Assembly (NCBI GenBank): GCA_964016885.1
Contig: OZ024760.1
Coordinates: 35,092,001 to 35,156,000 of the forward strand
DNA: 64,000 nt
Reading direction: 5' to 3'
Source: Eledone cirrhosa
Taxonomy: Eukaryota
This document shows positions 13,001 to 28,000 of this stretch, piece by piece; within the stretch, counting starts at the first letter, position 1; the number at the start of each line of letters is the position of its first letter. The notes below the pieces were generated by a model. That model was not told the origin of the DNA and made no database searches. It saw only the letters and a program-made list of their open reading frames with translations. A program made the translations under genes and the position numbers.

Positions 13001-16000
13001 GATTTTTAACTACGGTAAAAAAAATTTTTTTTATTATATCAAAGTTTAATGGGCTTCCACTGATGATTTATAAACGCCCACCTAAATATATTCTAACATG
13101 AATGTATATTAGGCTTCTACATAAACTGGAAATATTCTCCGAATTTGTAGAAAACTTATAATGAAACAATTGTTTGGAAAGAGAGATATATTTTAACTTT
13201 AATTATATCTCATAAAATAATACAACTGGCTTTTCCACATAATACATATTGTTAGCACCCCAAACACTTAAATTGGGTTTATATTAAAATATAACCTAAT
13301 GTTTGTGGAGTGAGATGGTTACCAGTCAGAGATTAGCTTTAAACTATCTCTGTTATTGTACTAATATTTTACTCTTGATTGGCCAGAGGTGTTTATTTCC
13401 AGGTACCTTATAAATTTGACTTTCCGTATTTATTACTGTTGTGCGATATTGTGGTTTTTATTGGTTGTAACTTCTCTGTTTTTTAGCCTAAGAAAATATA
13501 TATATGCCTATGTATATAATTACATGCATACATTTATTTTTTTTAATTAATTGAGTTCTTTACACGAGGAAATGATATTAGTTTTGAAATAACTAATTAA
13601 CCGGCGTGTGTTTTATATTTTACTCTTAATTCGGCCGGAGATTTACATTCCCATTTGCCCTTTAAAGCATAACTTTCCGTATTTACTACGGTTACGAGAT
13701 GCGGTTTCTTATTCAGGTACAACCTCTGATTTAGCCTAAGAAAATATTGATATGCGTGTGTAATTTATACACGCATATATTTATTTTTTTAATTTCAATT
13801 GAGTTCTTAACACGTTGGATTGATAATGTTTTCGAAAAAACTGTTTAACCCGCGTGTATATTATTTTTTTTCCTCTTTTCGTGGATCGTGGTTGTATCCC
13901 CCTCCCGCTTAGTGACGCTATAATACTTCCTCAGTCAAAAACTGCTGGAATATCAAATTTGCCGGTCACTCGATGCGGGAAGGAGCAACTTAACAGGCAC
14001 GATTTTTAACTACGGTAAGAACATTTTTTTTTCTTATATCAAAGTTTAATGGGCTTCCACTGATGATTTATAATCGCCCACCTAAATATATTCTTACATG
14101 AATGTATATTAGGCTTCTACATAAACTGGAAATATTCTCCGAATTTGTAGAAAACTTATAATGAAACAATTGTTTGGAAAGAGAGATATATTTTAACTTT
14201 AATTATATCTCATAAAATAATACAACTGGCTTTTCCACATAATACATATTGTTAGCGCCCCAAACACTTAAATTGGGTTTATATTAAAATATAACCTAAT
14301 GTTTGTTGAGTGAGATGGTTACCAGTCAGAGATTAGCTTTAAACTATCTCTGTTATTGTATTAATATTTTACTCTTGATTGGCCAGAGGTGTTTACTTCC
14401 AGGTACCTTATAAATTTGACTTTCCGTATTTATTACTGTTGTGCGATATTGTGGTTTTTATTGGTTGTAACTTCTCTGTTTTTTAGCATAAGAAAATATT
14501 TATATGCCTATGTATATAATTACATGCATACATTTATTTTTTTTAATTAATTGAGTTCTTTACACGAGGAATTGATATTAGTTTTGAAATAACTAATTAA
14601 CCCGCGTGTGTTTTATATTTTACTCTTAATTCGGCCGGAGATTTACATTCCCATTTGCCCTTTAAAGCATAACTTTCCGTATTTACTACGGTTACGAGAT
14701 GCGGTTTCTTATTCAGGTACAACCTCTGATTTAGCCTAAGAAAATATTGATATGCGTGTGTAATTTATACACGCATATATTTATTTTTTTAATTTCAATT
14801 GAGTTCTTAACACGTTGGATTGATAATGTTTTCGAAAGAACTGTTTAACCCGCGTGTATATTATTTTTTTCCTCCTTTCGTGGATCGTGGTTGTCTTCCC
14901 TTCCCGCTTAGTGACGCTATAATACTTCCTCAGTCAAAAACTGCTGGAATTTCAAATTTGCCGGTCACTCTTTGCGGGAAGGAGCAACTTAACAGACACG
15001 ATTTTTAACTACGGTAAGAACATTTTTTTTCTTATATCAAAGTTTAATGGGCTTCCACTGATGATTTATAAACGCCCACCTAAATATATTCTAACATGAA
15101 TGTATATTAGACTTCTACATCATCTGGAAATATTCTCCGAATTTGTAGAAAACTTATAATGAAACAATTGTTTGGAAAGAGAGATATATTTTAACTTTAA
15201 TTATATCTCATAAAATAATACAACTGGCTTTTCCACATAATACATATTGTTAGCACCCCAAACACTTAAATTGGGTTTATATTAAAATATAACCTAATGT
15301 TTGTTGAGTGAGATGGTTACCAGTCAGAGATTAGCTTTAAACTATCTCTGTTATGGTATTAATATTTTACTCTTGATTGGCCAGAGGTGTTTATTTCCAG
15401 GTACCTTATAAATTTGACTTTCCGTATTTATTACTGTTGTGCGATATTGTGGTTTTTATTGGTTGTAACTTCTCTGTTTTTTAGCCTAAGAAAATATATA
15501 TATGCCTATGCATACATTTATTTTTTATAATTAATTGAGTTCTTTACACAAGGAATTGATATTAGTTTTGAAATAACTAATTAACCCGCGTGTGTTTTAT
15601 ATTTTACTCTTAATTCGGCTGGAGATTTACATTCCCATTTGCCCATTAAAGCAGAACTTTCCATATTTACTACGGTTACGAGATGCGGTTTCTTATTCAG
15701 GTACAACCTCTGATTTAGCCTAAGAAAATATTGATATGCGTGTGTAATTTATACACGCATATATTTATTTTTTTAATTTCAATTGAGTTCTTAACACGTT
15801 GGATTGATAATGTTTTCGAAAGAACTGTTTAACCCGCGTCTATATTATTTTTTTCCTCCTTTCGTGGATCGTGGTTGTCTTCCCTTCCCGCTTAGTGACG
15901 CTATAATACTTCCTCAGTCAAAAACTGCTGGAATTTCAAATTTGCCGGTCACTCGATGCGGGAAGGAGCAACTTAACAGACACGATTTTTAACTACGGTA

Positions 16001-19000
16001 AGAACATTTTTGTTCTTATATCAAAGTTTAATGGGCTTCCACTGATGATTTATAAACGCCCACCTAAATATATTCTAACATGAATGTATATTAGACTTCT
16101 ACATCATCTGGAAATATTCTCTGAATTTGTAGAAAATTATAATGAAACAATTGTTTGGAAAGAGAGATATATTTTAACTTTAATTATATCTCATAAAATA
16201 ATACAACTGGCTTTTCCACATAATACATATTGTTAGCACCCCAAACACTTAAATTGGGTTTATATTAAAATATAACCTAATGTTTGTTGAGTGAGATGGT
16301 TACCAGTCAGAGATTAGCTTTAAACTATCTCTGTTATTGTATTAATATTTTACTCTTGATTGGCCAGAGGTGTTTACTTCCAGGTACCTTATAAATTTGA
16401 CTTTCCGTATTTATTACTGTTGTGCGATATTGTGGTTTTTATTGGTTGTAACTTCTCTGTTTTTTAGCATAAGAAAATATTTATATGCCTATGTATCTAA
16501 TTACATGCATACATTTATTTTTTTTAATTAATTGAGTTCGTTACACGGGGAATTGATATTAGTTTTGAAATAACTAATTAACCCGCGTGTGTTTTATATT
16601 TTACTCTTAATTCGGCCGGAGATTTACATTCCCATTTGCCCTTTAAAGCATAACTTTCCGTATTTACTACGGTTACGAGATACGGTTTCTTATTCAGGTA
16701 CAACCTCTGATTTAGCTTAATAAAATATTGATATGCGTGTGTAATTTATACACGCATATATTTATTTTTTTAATTTCAATTGAGTTCTTAACACGTTGGA
16801 TTGATAATGTTTTCGAAAGAACTGTTTAACCCGCGTGTATATTATTTTTTTCCTCCTTTCGTGGATCGTAGTTGTCTTCCCTTCCCGCTTAGTGACGCTA
16901 TAATACTTCCTCAGTCAAAAACTGCTGGAATTTCAAATTTGCCGGTCACTCGATGCGGGAAGGAGCAACTTAACAGACACGATTTTTAACTACGGTAAGA
17001 AAATTTTTTTTTCTTATATCAAAGTTTAATGGGCTTCCACTGATGATTTATAAACGCCCACCTAAATATATTCTTACATGAATGTATATTAGGCTTCTAC
17101 ATAAACTGGAAATATTCTCCGAATTTGTAGAAAAAACTTATAATGAAACAATTGTTTGGAAAGAGAGATATATTTTAACTTTAATTATATCTCATAAAAT
17201 AATACAACTGGCTTTTCCACATAATACATATTGTTAGTACCCCAAACACTTAAATTGGGTTTATATTAAAATACAACCTAATGTTTGTTGAGTGAGATGG
17301 TTACCAGTAGCTTTAAACTATCTCTGTTTTTGTATTAATATTTTAGTCTTGATTGGCCAGAGGTGTTTATTTCCAGGTACCTTATAAATTTGACTTTCCG
17401 TATTTATTAATGTTGTGCGATATTGTGGTTTTATTGGTTGTAACTTCTCTGTTTTTCAGCCTAAGAAAATATATATATGCCTATGTATATAATTACATGC
17501 ATACATTTATTTTTTTTAATTAATTGAGTTCTTTACACGAGGAATTGATATTAGTTTTGAAATAACTAATTAACCCGCGTGTGTTTTATATTTTACTCTT
17601 AATTCGCTCGGAGATTTACATTCCCATTTGCCCTTTAAAGCATAACTTTCCGTATTTACTACGGTTACGAGATGCGGTTTCTTATTCAGGTACAACCTCT
17701 GATTTAGCCTAAGAAAATATCTATATGCGTGTGTAATTTATACACGCATATATTTATTTTTTTAATTTCAATTGACTTCTTAACACGTTGGATTGATAAT
17801 GTTTTCGAAAAAACTGTTTAACCCGCGTGTATATTATTTTTTTTCCTCCTTTCGTGGATCGTGGTTGTCTCCCCTTCCCGCTTAGTGACGCTATAATACT
17901 TCCTCAATCAAAAACTGCTGGAATTTCAAATTTGCCGGTCACTCGATGCGGGAAGTAGCAACTTAACAGACACGAATTTTAACTACGGTAAGAAAATTTT
18001 TTTTTCTTATATCAAAGTTTAATGGGCTTCCACTGATGATTTACAAGCGCCCACCTAAATATATTATTACATGAATGTATATTAGGCTTCTACATCAACT
18101 GGAAATATTCTCCGAATTTGTAGAAAACTTATAATGAAACAATTGTTTGGAAAGAGAGATATATTTTAACTTTAATTATATCTCATAAAATAATACAACT
18201 GGCTTTTCCACATAATACATATTGTTAGCACACCAAACATTTAAATTGGGTTTATATTAAAATATAACCTAATGTTTGTTGAGTGAGCTGGTTACCAGTT
18301 AGAGATTAGCTTTAAAATATCTCTGTTATTGTATTAATATTTTACTCTTGATTGGCCTGAGGTGTTTATTTCCAGGTACCTTATAAATTTGACTTTCCGT
18401 ATTTATTAATGTTGTGCGATATTGTGGTTTTTATTGGTTGTAACTTCTCTGTTTTTCAGCCTAAGAAAATATATATATGCCTATGTATATAATTACATGC
18501 ATACATTTATTTTTTTTAATTAATTGAGTTCTTTACACGAGGAATTGATATTAGTTTTGAAATAATTAATTAACCCGCGTGTGTTTTATATTTTACTCTT
18601 AATTCGGCCGGAAATTTACATTCCCATTTGCCCTTTAATGCATAACTTTCCGTATATACTACGGTTACGAGATGCGGATTCTTATTCAGGTACAACCTCT
18701 GATTTAGCCTAAGAAAATATCGATATGCGTGTGTAATTTATACACGTATATATTTATTTTTTTAATTTCAATTGACTTCTTAACACATTGGATTGATAAT
18801 GTTTTCGAAAAAAACTGTTTAACCCGCGTGTATATTATTTTTTTTCCTCCTTTCGTGGATCGTGGTTGTCTCCCCTTCCCGCTTAGTGAAGCTAAAATAC
18901 TTCCTCAGTAAAAAAACTGCTGCAATTTCAAATTTGCCGGTCACTCGATGCGGGAAGTAGCAACTTAACAGACACGACTTTTAAGTACGGTAAGAACATT

Positions 19001-22000
19001 TTTTTTGTTATATCAAAGTTTAATGGGCTTCCACTGATGATTTACAAGCGCCCACCTAAATATATTCTTACATGAATGTATATTAGGCTTCTACATAAAC
19101 TGGAAATATTCTCCGAATTTGTAGAAAACTTATAATGAAACAATTGTTTGGAAAGAGAGATATATTTTAACTTTAATTATATCTCATAAAATAATACAAC
19201 TGGCTTTTCCACATAATACATATTGTTAGCACACCAAACACTTAAATTGGGTTTATATTAAAATATAAACTAATGTTTGTTGAGTGAGATGGTTACCAGT
19301 CAGAGATTAGCTTTAAACTATCTCTGTTATTGTATTAATATTTTACTCTTGATTGGCCAGAGGTGTTTATTTCCAGGTACCTTATAAATTTGACTTTCCG
19401 TATTTATTACTGTTGTGCGATATTGTGGTTTTTATTGGTTGTAACTTCTCTGTTTTTCAGCCTAAGAAAATATATATATGCCTATGTATATAATTACATG
19501 CATACATTTATTTTTTTTAATTAATTGAGTTCTTTACACAAGGAATTGATATTAGTTTTGAAATAACTAATTAACCCGCGTGTGTTTTATATTTTACTCT
19601 TAATTCGGCCGGAGATTTACATTCCCATTTGCCCTTTAAAGCATAACTTTCCGTATTTATTACGGTTACGAGCTGCGGTTACTTATTCAGGTACAACCTC
19701 TGAGTTAGCCTAAGAAAATATCTATATGCGTGTGTAATTTATACACGCATATATTTATTTTTTTAATTTCAATTGAATTCTAAACACGTTGGGTTGATAA
19801 TGTTTTCGAAAAAACTGTTTAACCCGCGTGTATATTATTTTTTTTCCTCCTTTCGTGGATCCTGGTTGTCTCCCCTTCCCGCTTAGTGACGCTATAATAC
19901 TTCTTCAGTCAAAAACTGCTGGAATTTCAAATTTGCCGGTCACTCGATGCGGGAAGGAGCAACTTAACAGACATGATTTTTAACTACGGTAAGAAAATTT
20001 TTTTTCTTATATTAAAGTTTAATGGGCTTCCACTGATCATTTATAAACGCCCACCTAAATATATTCTTACATGAATGTATATTAGGCTTCTACATAAACT
20101 GGAAATATTCTCCGAATTTGTAGAAAACTTATAATGAAACAATTGTTTGGAAAGAGAGATATATTTTAACTTTAATTATATCTCATAAAATAATACAACT
20201 GGCTTTTCCACATAATACATATTGTTAGCACCCAAACACTTAAATTGGGTATATATAAAAATATAACCTAATGTTTGTTGAGTGAGATGGTTACCAGTTA
20301 GAGATTAGTTTTAAACTATCTCTGTTATTGTATTAATATTTTACTCTGGATTGGCCAGAGGTGTTTATTTCCAGGTACCTTATAAATGTGACTTTCCCTA
20401 TTTATTACTGTTGTGCGATATTGTTGTTTTTATTGGTTGTAACTTCTCTGTTTTTCAGCCTAAAAAAATATATATATGCCTATGTATATAATTACATGCA
20501 TACATTTATTTTTTTTAAATTAATTGAGTTCTTTACACGAGGAATTGATATTAGTTTTGAAATAAATAATTAACCCGCGTGTGTTTTATATTTTACTCTT
20601 AATTCGCCCGGAGATTTACATTCCCATTTGCCCTTTACAGCATAACTTTCCGTATTTACTACGGTTACGAGATGCGGTTTCTTATTCAGGTACAACCTCT
20701 GATTTAGCCTAAGAAAATATCTATATGCGTGTGTAATTTATACACGCATATATTTATTTTTTTAATTTCAATTGAGTTCTTAACACGTTGGATTGATAAT
20801 GTTTTTGGAAAAACTGTTTAACCCGCGTGCATATTATTTTTTTTCCTCCTTTCGTGGATCGTGGTTGTCTCCCCTTCCCGCTTAGTGACGCTATAATACT
20901 TCCTCAGTCAAAAACTGCTGGAATTTCAAATTTGCCGGTCACTCGATGCGTGAAGGAGCAACTTAACAGACACGATTTTTAATTACGGTAAGAAAATTTG
21001 TTTTCCTTATATCAAAGTTTAATGGGCTTCCACTGATGATTTATAAACGCCCACCTAAATATATTCTTACATGAATGTATATTAGGCTTCTACATCAACT
21101 GGAAATATTCTCCGAATTTGTAGAAAACATAATGAAACAATTGTTTGGAAAGAGAGATATATTTTAACTTTAATTATATCGCATAAAATAATACAACTTG
21201 CTTTTCCACATAATATATATTGTTAGCACCCCAAACCCTTAAATTGGGTTTATATTAAAATATAACCTAATGTTTGTTGAGTGAGATGGTTACCAGTCAG
21301 AGATTAGCTTTAAACTATCTCTGTTATTGTATTAATATTTTACTCTTGATTGGCCAGAGGTGTTTATTTCCAGGTACCTTATAAATTTGACTTTCCGTAT
21401 TTATTACTGTTGTGCGATATTGTGGTTTTTATTGGTTGTAACTTCTCTGTTTTTTAGCCTAAGAAAATATATATATGCCTATGTATATAATTACATTTAT
21501 ACATTTATTTTTTTAAATTAATTGAGTTCTTTACACGAGGAATTGATATTAGTTTTGAAATAACTAATTAACCCGCGTGTGTTTTATATTTTACTCTTAA
21601 TTCGCCCGGAGATTTACATTCCCATTTGCCCTTTACAGCATAACTTTCCGTATTTACTACGGTTACGAGATGCGGTTTCTTATTCAGGTACAACCTCTGA
21701 TTTAGCCTAAGAAAATATCTATATGCGTGTGTAATTTATACACGCATATATTTATTTTTTTAATTTCAATTGATTTCTTAACACGTTGTATTGATAATGT
21801 TTTTGAAAAAACTGTTTAACCCGCGTGCATATTATTTTTTTTCCTCCTTTCGTGGATCGTGGTTGTCTCCCCTTCCCGCTTAGTGACGCTATAATACTTC
21901 CTCAGTCAAAAACTGCTGGAATTTCAAATTTGCCGGTCACTCGATGCGTGAAGGAGCAACTTTAACAGACACGATTTTTAATTACGGTAAGAAAATTTGT

Positions 22001-25000
22001 TTTCCTTATATCAAAGTTTAATGGGCTTCCACTGATGATTTATAAACGCCCACCTAAATATATTCTTACATGAATGTATATTAGGCTTCTACATCAACTG
22101 GAAATATTCTCCGAATTTGTAGAAAACATATAATGAAACAATTGTTTGGAAAGAGAGATATATTTTAACTTTAATTATATCGCATAAAATAATACAACTG
22201 GCTTTTCCACATAATATATATTGTTAGCACCCCAAACCCTTAAATTGGGTTTATATTAAAATATAACCTAATGTTTGTTGAGTGAGATGGTTACAAGTCA
22301 GAGATTAGCTTTAAACTATCTCTGTTATTGTATTAATATTTTACTCTTGATTGGCCAGGTTTTTATTTCCAGGTACCTTATAAATTTGACTTTCCGTATT
22401 TATTACTGTTGTGCGATATTGTGGTTTTTATTGGTTGTAACTTCTCTGTTTTTTAGCCTAAGAAAATATATATATGCCTATGTATATAATTACATGCATA
22501 CATTTATTTTTTTAGATTAATTGAGTTCTTTACACGAGGAATTGATATTAGTTTTGAAATAAATAATTAACCCGCGTGTGTTTTATATTTTACTCTTAAT
22601 TCGCCCGGAGATTTACATTCCCATTTGCCCTTTACAGCATAACTTTCCGTATTTACTGCGGTTACGAGATGCGGTTTCTCATTCAGGTACAACCTCTGAT
22701 TTAGCCTAAGAAAATATCTATATGCGTGTGTAATTTATACACGCATATATTTATTTTTTTAATTTCAATTGAGTTCTTAACACGTTGGATTGATAATGTT
22801 TTTGAAAAAACTGTTTAACCCGCGTGTATATTATTTTTTTCCTCCTTTCGTGGATCGTGGTTGTCTCCCCTTCCCGCTTAGTGACGCTATAATACTTCCT
22901 CAGTAAAAAACTGCTGGAATTTCAAATATGCCGATCACTCGATGCGGGAAGGAGCAACTTAACAGACACGACTTTTAACTACGGTAAGAACATCTTTTTT
23001 TCTTATATCAAAGTTTAATGGGCTTCCACTGATGATTTACAAGCGCCCACCTAAATATATTCTTACATGAATGTATATTAGGCTTCTACATAAACTGGAA
23101 ATATTCTCCGAATTTGTAGAAAACTTATAATGAAACAATTGTTTGGAAAGAGAGATATATTTTAACTTTAATTATATCTCATAAAATAATACAACTGGCT
23201 TTTCCACATAATACATATTGTTAGCACCCCAAACACTTAAATTGGGTTTATATTAAAATATAACCTAATGTTTGTTGAGTGAGATGGTTACCAGTTAGAG
23301 ATTAGCTTTAAACTATCTCTGTTATTGTATTAATATTTTACTCTTGATTGGCCAGAGGTGTTTATTTCCAGGTACCTTATAAATTTGACTTTCCGTATTT
23401 ATTACTGTTGTGCGATATTGTGGTTTTTATTGGTTGTAACTTCTCTGTTTTTCAGCCTAAAAAAATATATATATGCCTATGTATATAATTACATGCATAC
23501 ATTTATTTTTTTTAATTAATTGAGTTCTTTACACGAGGAATTGATATTAGTTTTGAAATAACTAATTAACCCGCGTGTGTTTTATATTTTACTCTTAATT
23601 CGGCCGGAGATTTACATTCCCATTTGCCCTTTAAAGCATAACTTTCCGTATTTACTACGGTTACGAGATGCGGTTTCTTATTCAGGTACAACATCTGATT
23701 TAGCCGAAGAAAATATCTATATGCGTGTGTAATTTATACACGCATATATTTATTTTTTTAATTTCAATTGACTTCTTAACACGTTGGATTGATAATGTTT
23801 TCGAAAAAACTGTTTAACCCGCGTGTATATAATTTTTTTCCCTCCTTTCGTGGATCGTGGTTGTCTCCCCTTCCCGCTTAGTGACGCTATAATACTTCCT
23901 CAATCAAAAACTGCTGGAATTTCAAATTTGGCGGTCACTCGATTCGGGAGGAGCAACTTAACAGACACGATTTTTAACTACGGTAAGAACATTTTTTTTC
24001 TTATATCAAAGTTTAATGGGCTTCCACTGATGATTTATAAGCTCCCACCTAAATATATTCTTACATGAATGTATATTAGGCTTCTATATAAACTGGAAAT
24101 ATTCTCCGAATTTGTAGAAAACTTATAATGAAACAATTGTTTGGAAAGAGAGACATATTTTAACTTTAATTATATCTCATAAAATAATACAACTGGCTTT
24201 TCCACATAATACATATTGTTAGCACCCCAAACACTTAAATTGGGTTTATATTAAAATATAACCTAATGTTTGTTGAGTGAGATGGTTACCAGTCAGAGAT
24301 TAGCTTTAAACTATCTCTGTTATTGTATTAATATTTTACTCTTGATTGGCCAGAGGTGTTTATTTCCAGGTACCTTATAAATTTGACTTTCCGTATTTAT
24401 TACTGTTGTGCGATATTGTGGTTTTTATTGGTTGTAACTTCTCAGTTTTTTAGCCTAAGAAAATATATATATGCCTATGTATATAATTACATGCATACAT
24501 TTATTTTTTTTAATTAATTGAGTTCTTTACACGAGGAATTGATATTAGTTTTGAAATAAATAATTAACCCGCGTGTGTTTTATATTTTACTCTTAATTCG
24601 GCCGGAGATTTACATTCCCATTTGCCCTTTAAAGCATAACTTTCCGTATTTACTACGGTTACGAGATGCGGTTTCTTATTCAGGTACAACCTCTGATTTA
24701 GCCTAAGAAAATATCTATATGCGTGTGTAATTTATACACGCATATATTTATTTTTTTAATTTCAATTGAGTTCTTAACACGTTGGATTGATAATGTTTTT
24801 GAAAAAACTGTTTAACCCGCGTGTATATTATTTTTTTTCCTCCTTTCGTGGATCGTGGTTGTCTCCCCTTCCCGCTTAGTGACGCTATAATACTTCCTCA
24901 GTACAAAACTTCTGGAATTTCAAATTTGCCGGTCACTCGATGCGGGAAGGAGCAACTTAACAGACACGACTTTTAACTACGGTAAGAACATTTTTTTTCT

Positions 25001-28000
25001 TATATCAAAGTTTAATGGGCTTCCACTGATGATTTACAAGCACCCACCTAAATATATTCTTACATGAATGTATATTAGGCTTCTACATAAACTGGAAATA
25101 TTCTGCGAATTTGTAGAAAACTTATAATGAAACAATTGTTTTTAAAGAGAGATATATTTTAACTTTAATTATATCTCATAAAATAATACAACTGGCTTTT
25201 CCACATAATACATATTGTTAGCACACCAAACCCTTAAATTGGGTTTATATTAAAATATAACCTAATGTTTGTTGAGTGAGATGGTTACCAGTCAGAGATT
25301 AGCTTTAAACTATCTCTGTTATTGTATTAATATTTTACTCTTGATTGGCCAGAGGTGTTTATTTCCAGGTACCTTATAAATTTGACTTCCCGTATTTATT
25401 ACTGTTGTGCGATATTGTGGTTTTTATTGGTTGTAACTTCTCTGTTTTTTAGCCTAAGAAAATATATATATGCCTATGTATATAATTACATGTATACATT
25501 TATTTTTTTAAATTAATTGAGTTCTTTACACGAGGAATTGATATTAGTTTTGAAATAACTAATTAACCCGCGTGTGTTTTATATTTTACTCTTAATTCGC
25601 CCGGAGATTTACATTCCCATTTGCCCTTTACAGCATAACTTTCCGTATTTACTACGGTTACGAGATGCGGTTTCTTATTCAGGTACAACCTCTGATTTAG
25701 CCTAAGAAAATATCTATATGCGTGTGTAATTTATACACGCATATATTTATTTTTTTAATTTCAATTGATTTCTTAACACGTTGTATTGATAATGTTTTTG
25801 AAAAAACTGTTTAACCCGCGAGCATATTATTTTTTTTCCTCCTTTCGTGGATCGTGGTTGTCTCCCCTTCCCGCTTAGTGACGCTATAATACTTCCTCAG
25901 TCAAAAACTGCTGGAATTTCAAATTTGCCGGTCACTCGATGCGTGAAGGAGCAACTTAACAGACACGATTTTTAATTACGGTAAGAAAATTTGTTTTCCT
26001 TATATCAAAGTTTAATGGGCTTCCACTGATGATTTATAAACGCCCACCTAAATATATTCTTACATGAATGTATATTAGGCTTCTACATCAACTGGAAATA
26101 TTCTCCGAATTTGTAGAAAACATATAATGAAACAATTGTTTGGAAAGAGAGATATATTTTAACTTTAATTATATCGCATAAAATAATACAACTGTCTTTT
26201 CCACATAATATATATTGTTAGCACCCCAAACCCTTAAATTGGGTTTATATTAAAATATAACCTAATGTTTGTTGAGTGAGATGGTTACCAGTCAGAGATT
26301 AGCTTTAAACTATCTCTGTTATTGTATTAATATTTTACTCTTGATTGGCCAGAGGTGTTTATTTCCAGGTACCTTATAAATTTGACTTTCCGTATTTATT
26401 ACTGTTGTGCGATATTGTGGTTTTTATTGGTTGTAACTTCTCTGTTTTTTAGCCTAAGAAAATATATATATGCCTATGTATATAATTACATGCATACATT
26501 TATTTTTTTTAATTAATTGAGTTCTTTACACGAGGAATTGATATTAGTTTTGAAATAACTAATTAACCCGCGTGTGTTTTATATTTTACTCTTAATTCGG
26601 CCGGAGATTTACATTCCCATTTGCCCTTTAAAGCATAACTTTCCGTATTTACTACGGTTACGAGATGCGGTTTCTTATTCAGGTACAACCTTTGATTTAG
26701 CCTAAGAAAATATCTATATGCGTGTGTAATTTATACACGCATGTATTTATTTTTTTAATTTCAATTGAGTTCTTAAAACGTTTGATTGATAATGTTTTCG
26801 AAAAAACTGTTTAACCCGCGTGTATATTATTTTTTCCTCCTTTCGTGGTTCGTGGTTGTCTCCCCTTCCCGCTTAGTGACGCTATAATACTTCGTCAGTC
26901 AAAAACTGCTGGAATTTCAAATTTGCCGGTCACTCGCGTCGGGAAGGAGCAACTTAACAGACACGATTTTTAACTACGGTAAGAAAATTTTTTTCTTATA
27001 TCAAAGTTTAATGGGCTTCCACTGATGATGTATAAACACCCACCTAAATATATTCTTTCTTGAATGTATACTATGCTTCTACATAAACTGGAAATATTCT
27101 CCGAATTTGTAGAAAACTTATAATGAAACAATTGTTTGGAAAGAGAGATATATTTTAACTTTAATTATATCTCATAAAATAATACAACTGGCTTTTCCAC
27201 ATAATACATATTGTTAGCACACCAAACACTTAAATTGGGTTTATATTAAAATATACCCTAATGTTTGTTGAGTGAGATGGTTACCAGTCAGAGATTAGCT
27301 TTAAACTATCTCTGTTATTGTATTAATATTTTACTCTTGATTGGCCAGAGGTGTTTATTTACAGGTACCTTATAAATTTGACTTTCCGTATTTATTACTG
27401 TTGTGCGATATTGTGGTTTTTATTGGTTGTAACTTCTCTGTTTTTTAGCATAAGAAAATATATATATGCCTATGTATATAATTACATGCGTACATTTATT
27501 TTTTTTAATTAATTGAGTTCTTTACACGAGCAATTGATATTAATTTTGAAATAACTAATTAACCCGCGTGTGTTTTATATTTTACTCTTAATTCGGCCAG
27601 AGTTTTACATTCCCATTTGCCCTTTAAAGCATAACTTTCCGTATTTACTACGGTTACGAGATGCGGTTTCTTATTCAGGTACAACCTCTGATTTAGCCTA
27701 AGAAAATATCTATATGCGTGTGTAATTTATAGACGCATATATTTATTTTTCAATTTCAATTGAGTTCTTAACACGGTGGATTGATAATGTTTTCGAAAAA
27801 ACTGTTTAACCCGCGTGTATATTATTTTTTTTCCTCCTTTCGTAGATTCTGGTTGTATCCCCTTCCCGCTTAGTGACGCTAAAATACTTCCTCAGTAAAA
27901 AAAATGCTGGAATTTCAAATTTGCCGGTCACTCGATGCAGGAGGAGCAACTTAAAAGACACGATTTTTAACTACGGTAAGAACATTTTTTTTCTTATATC

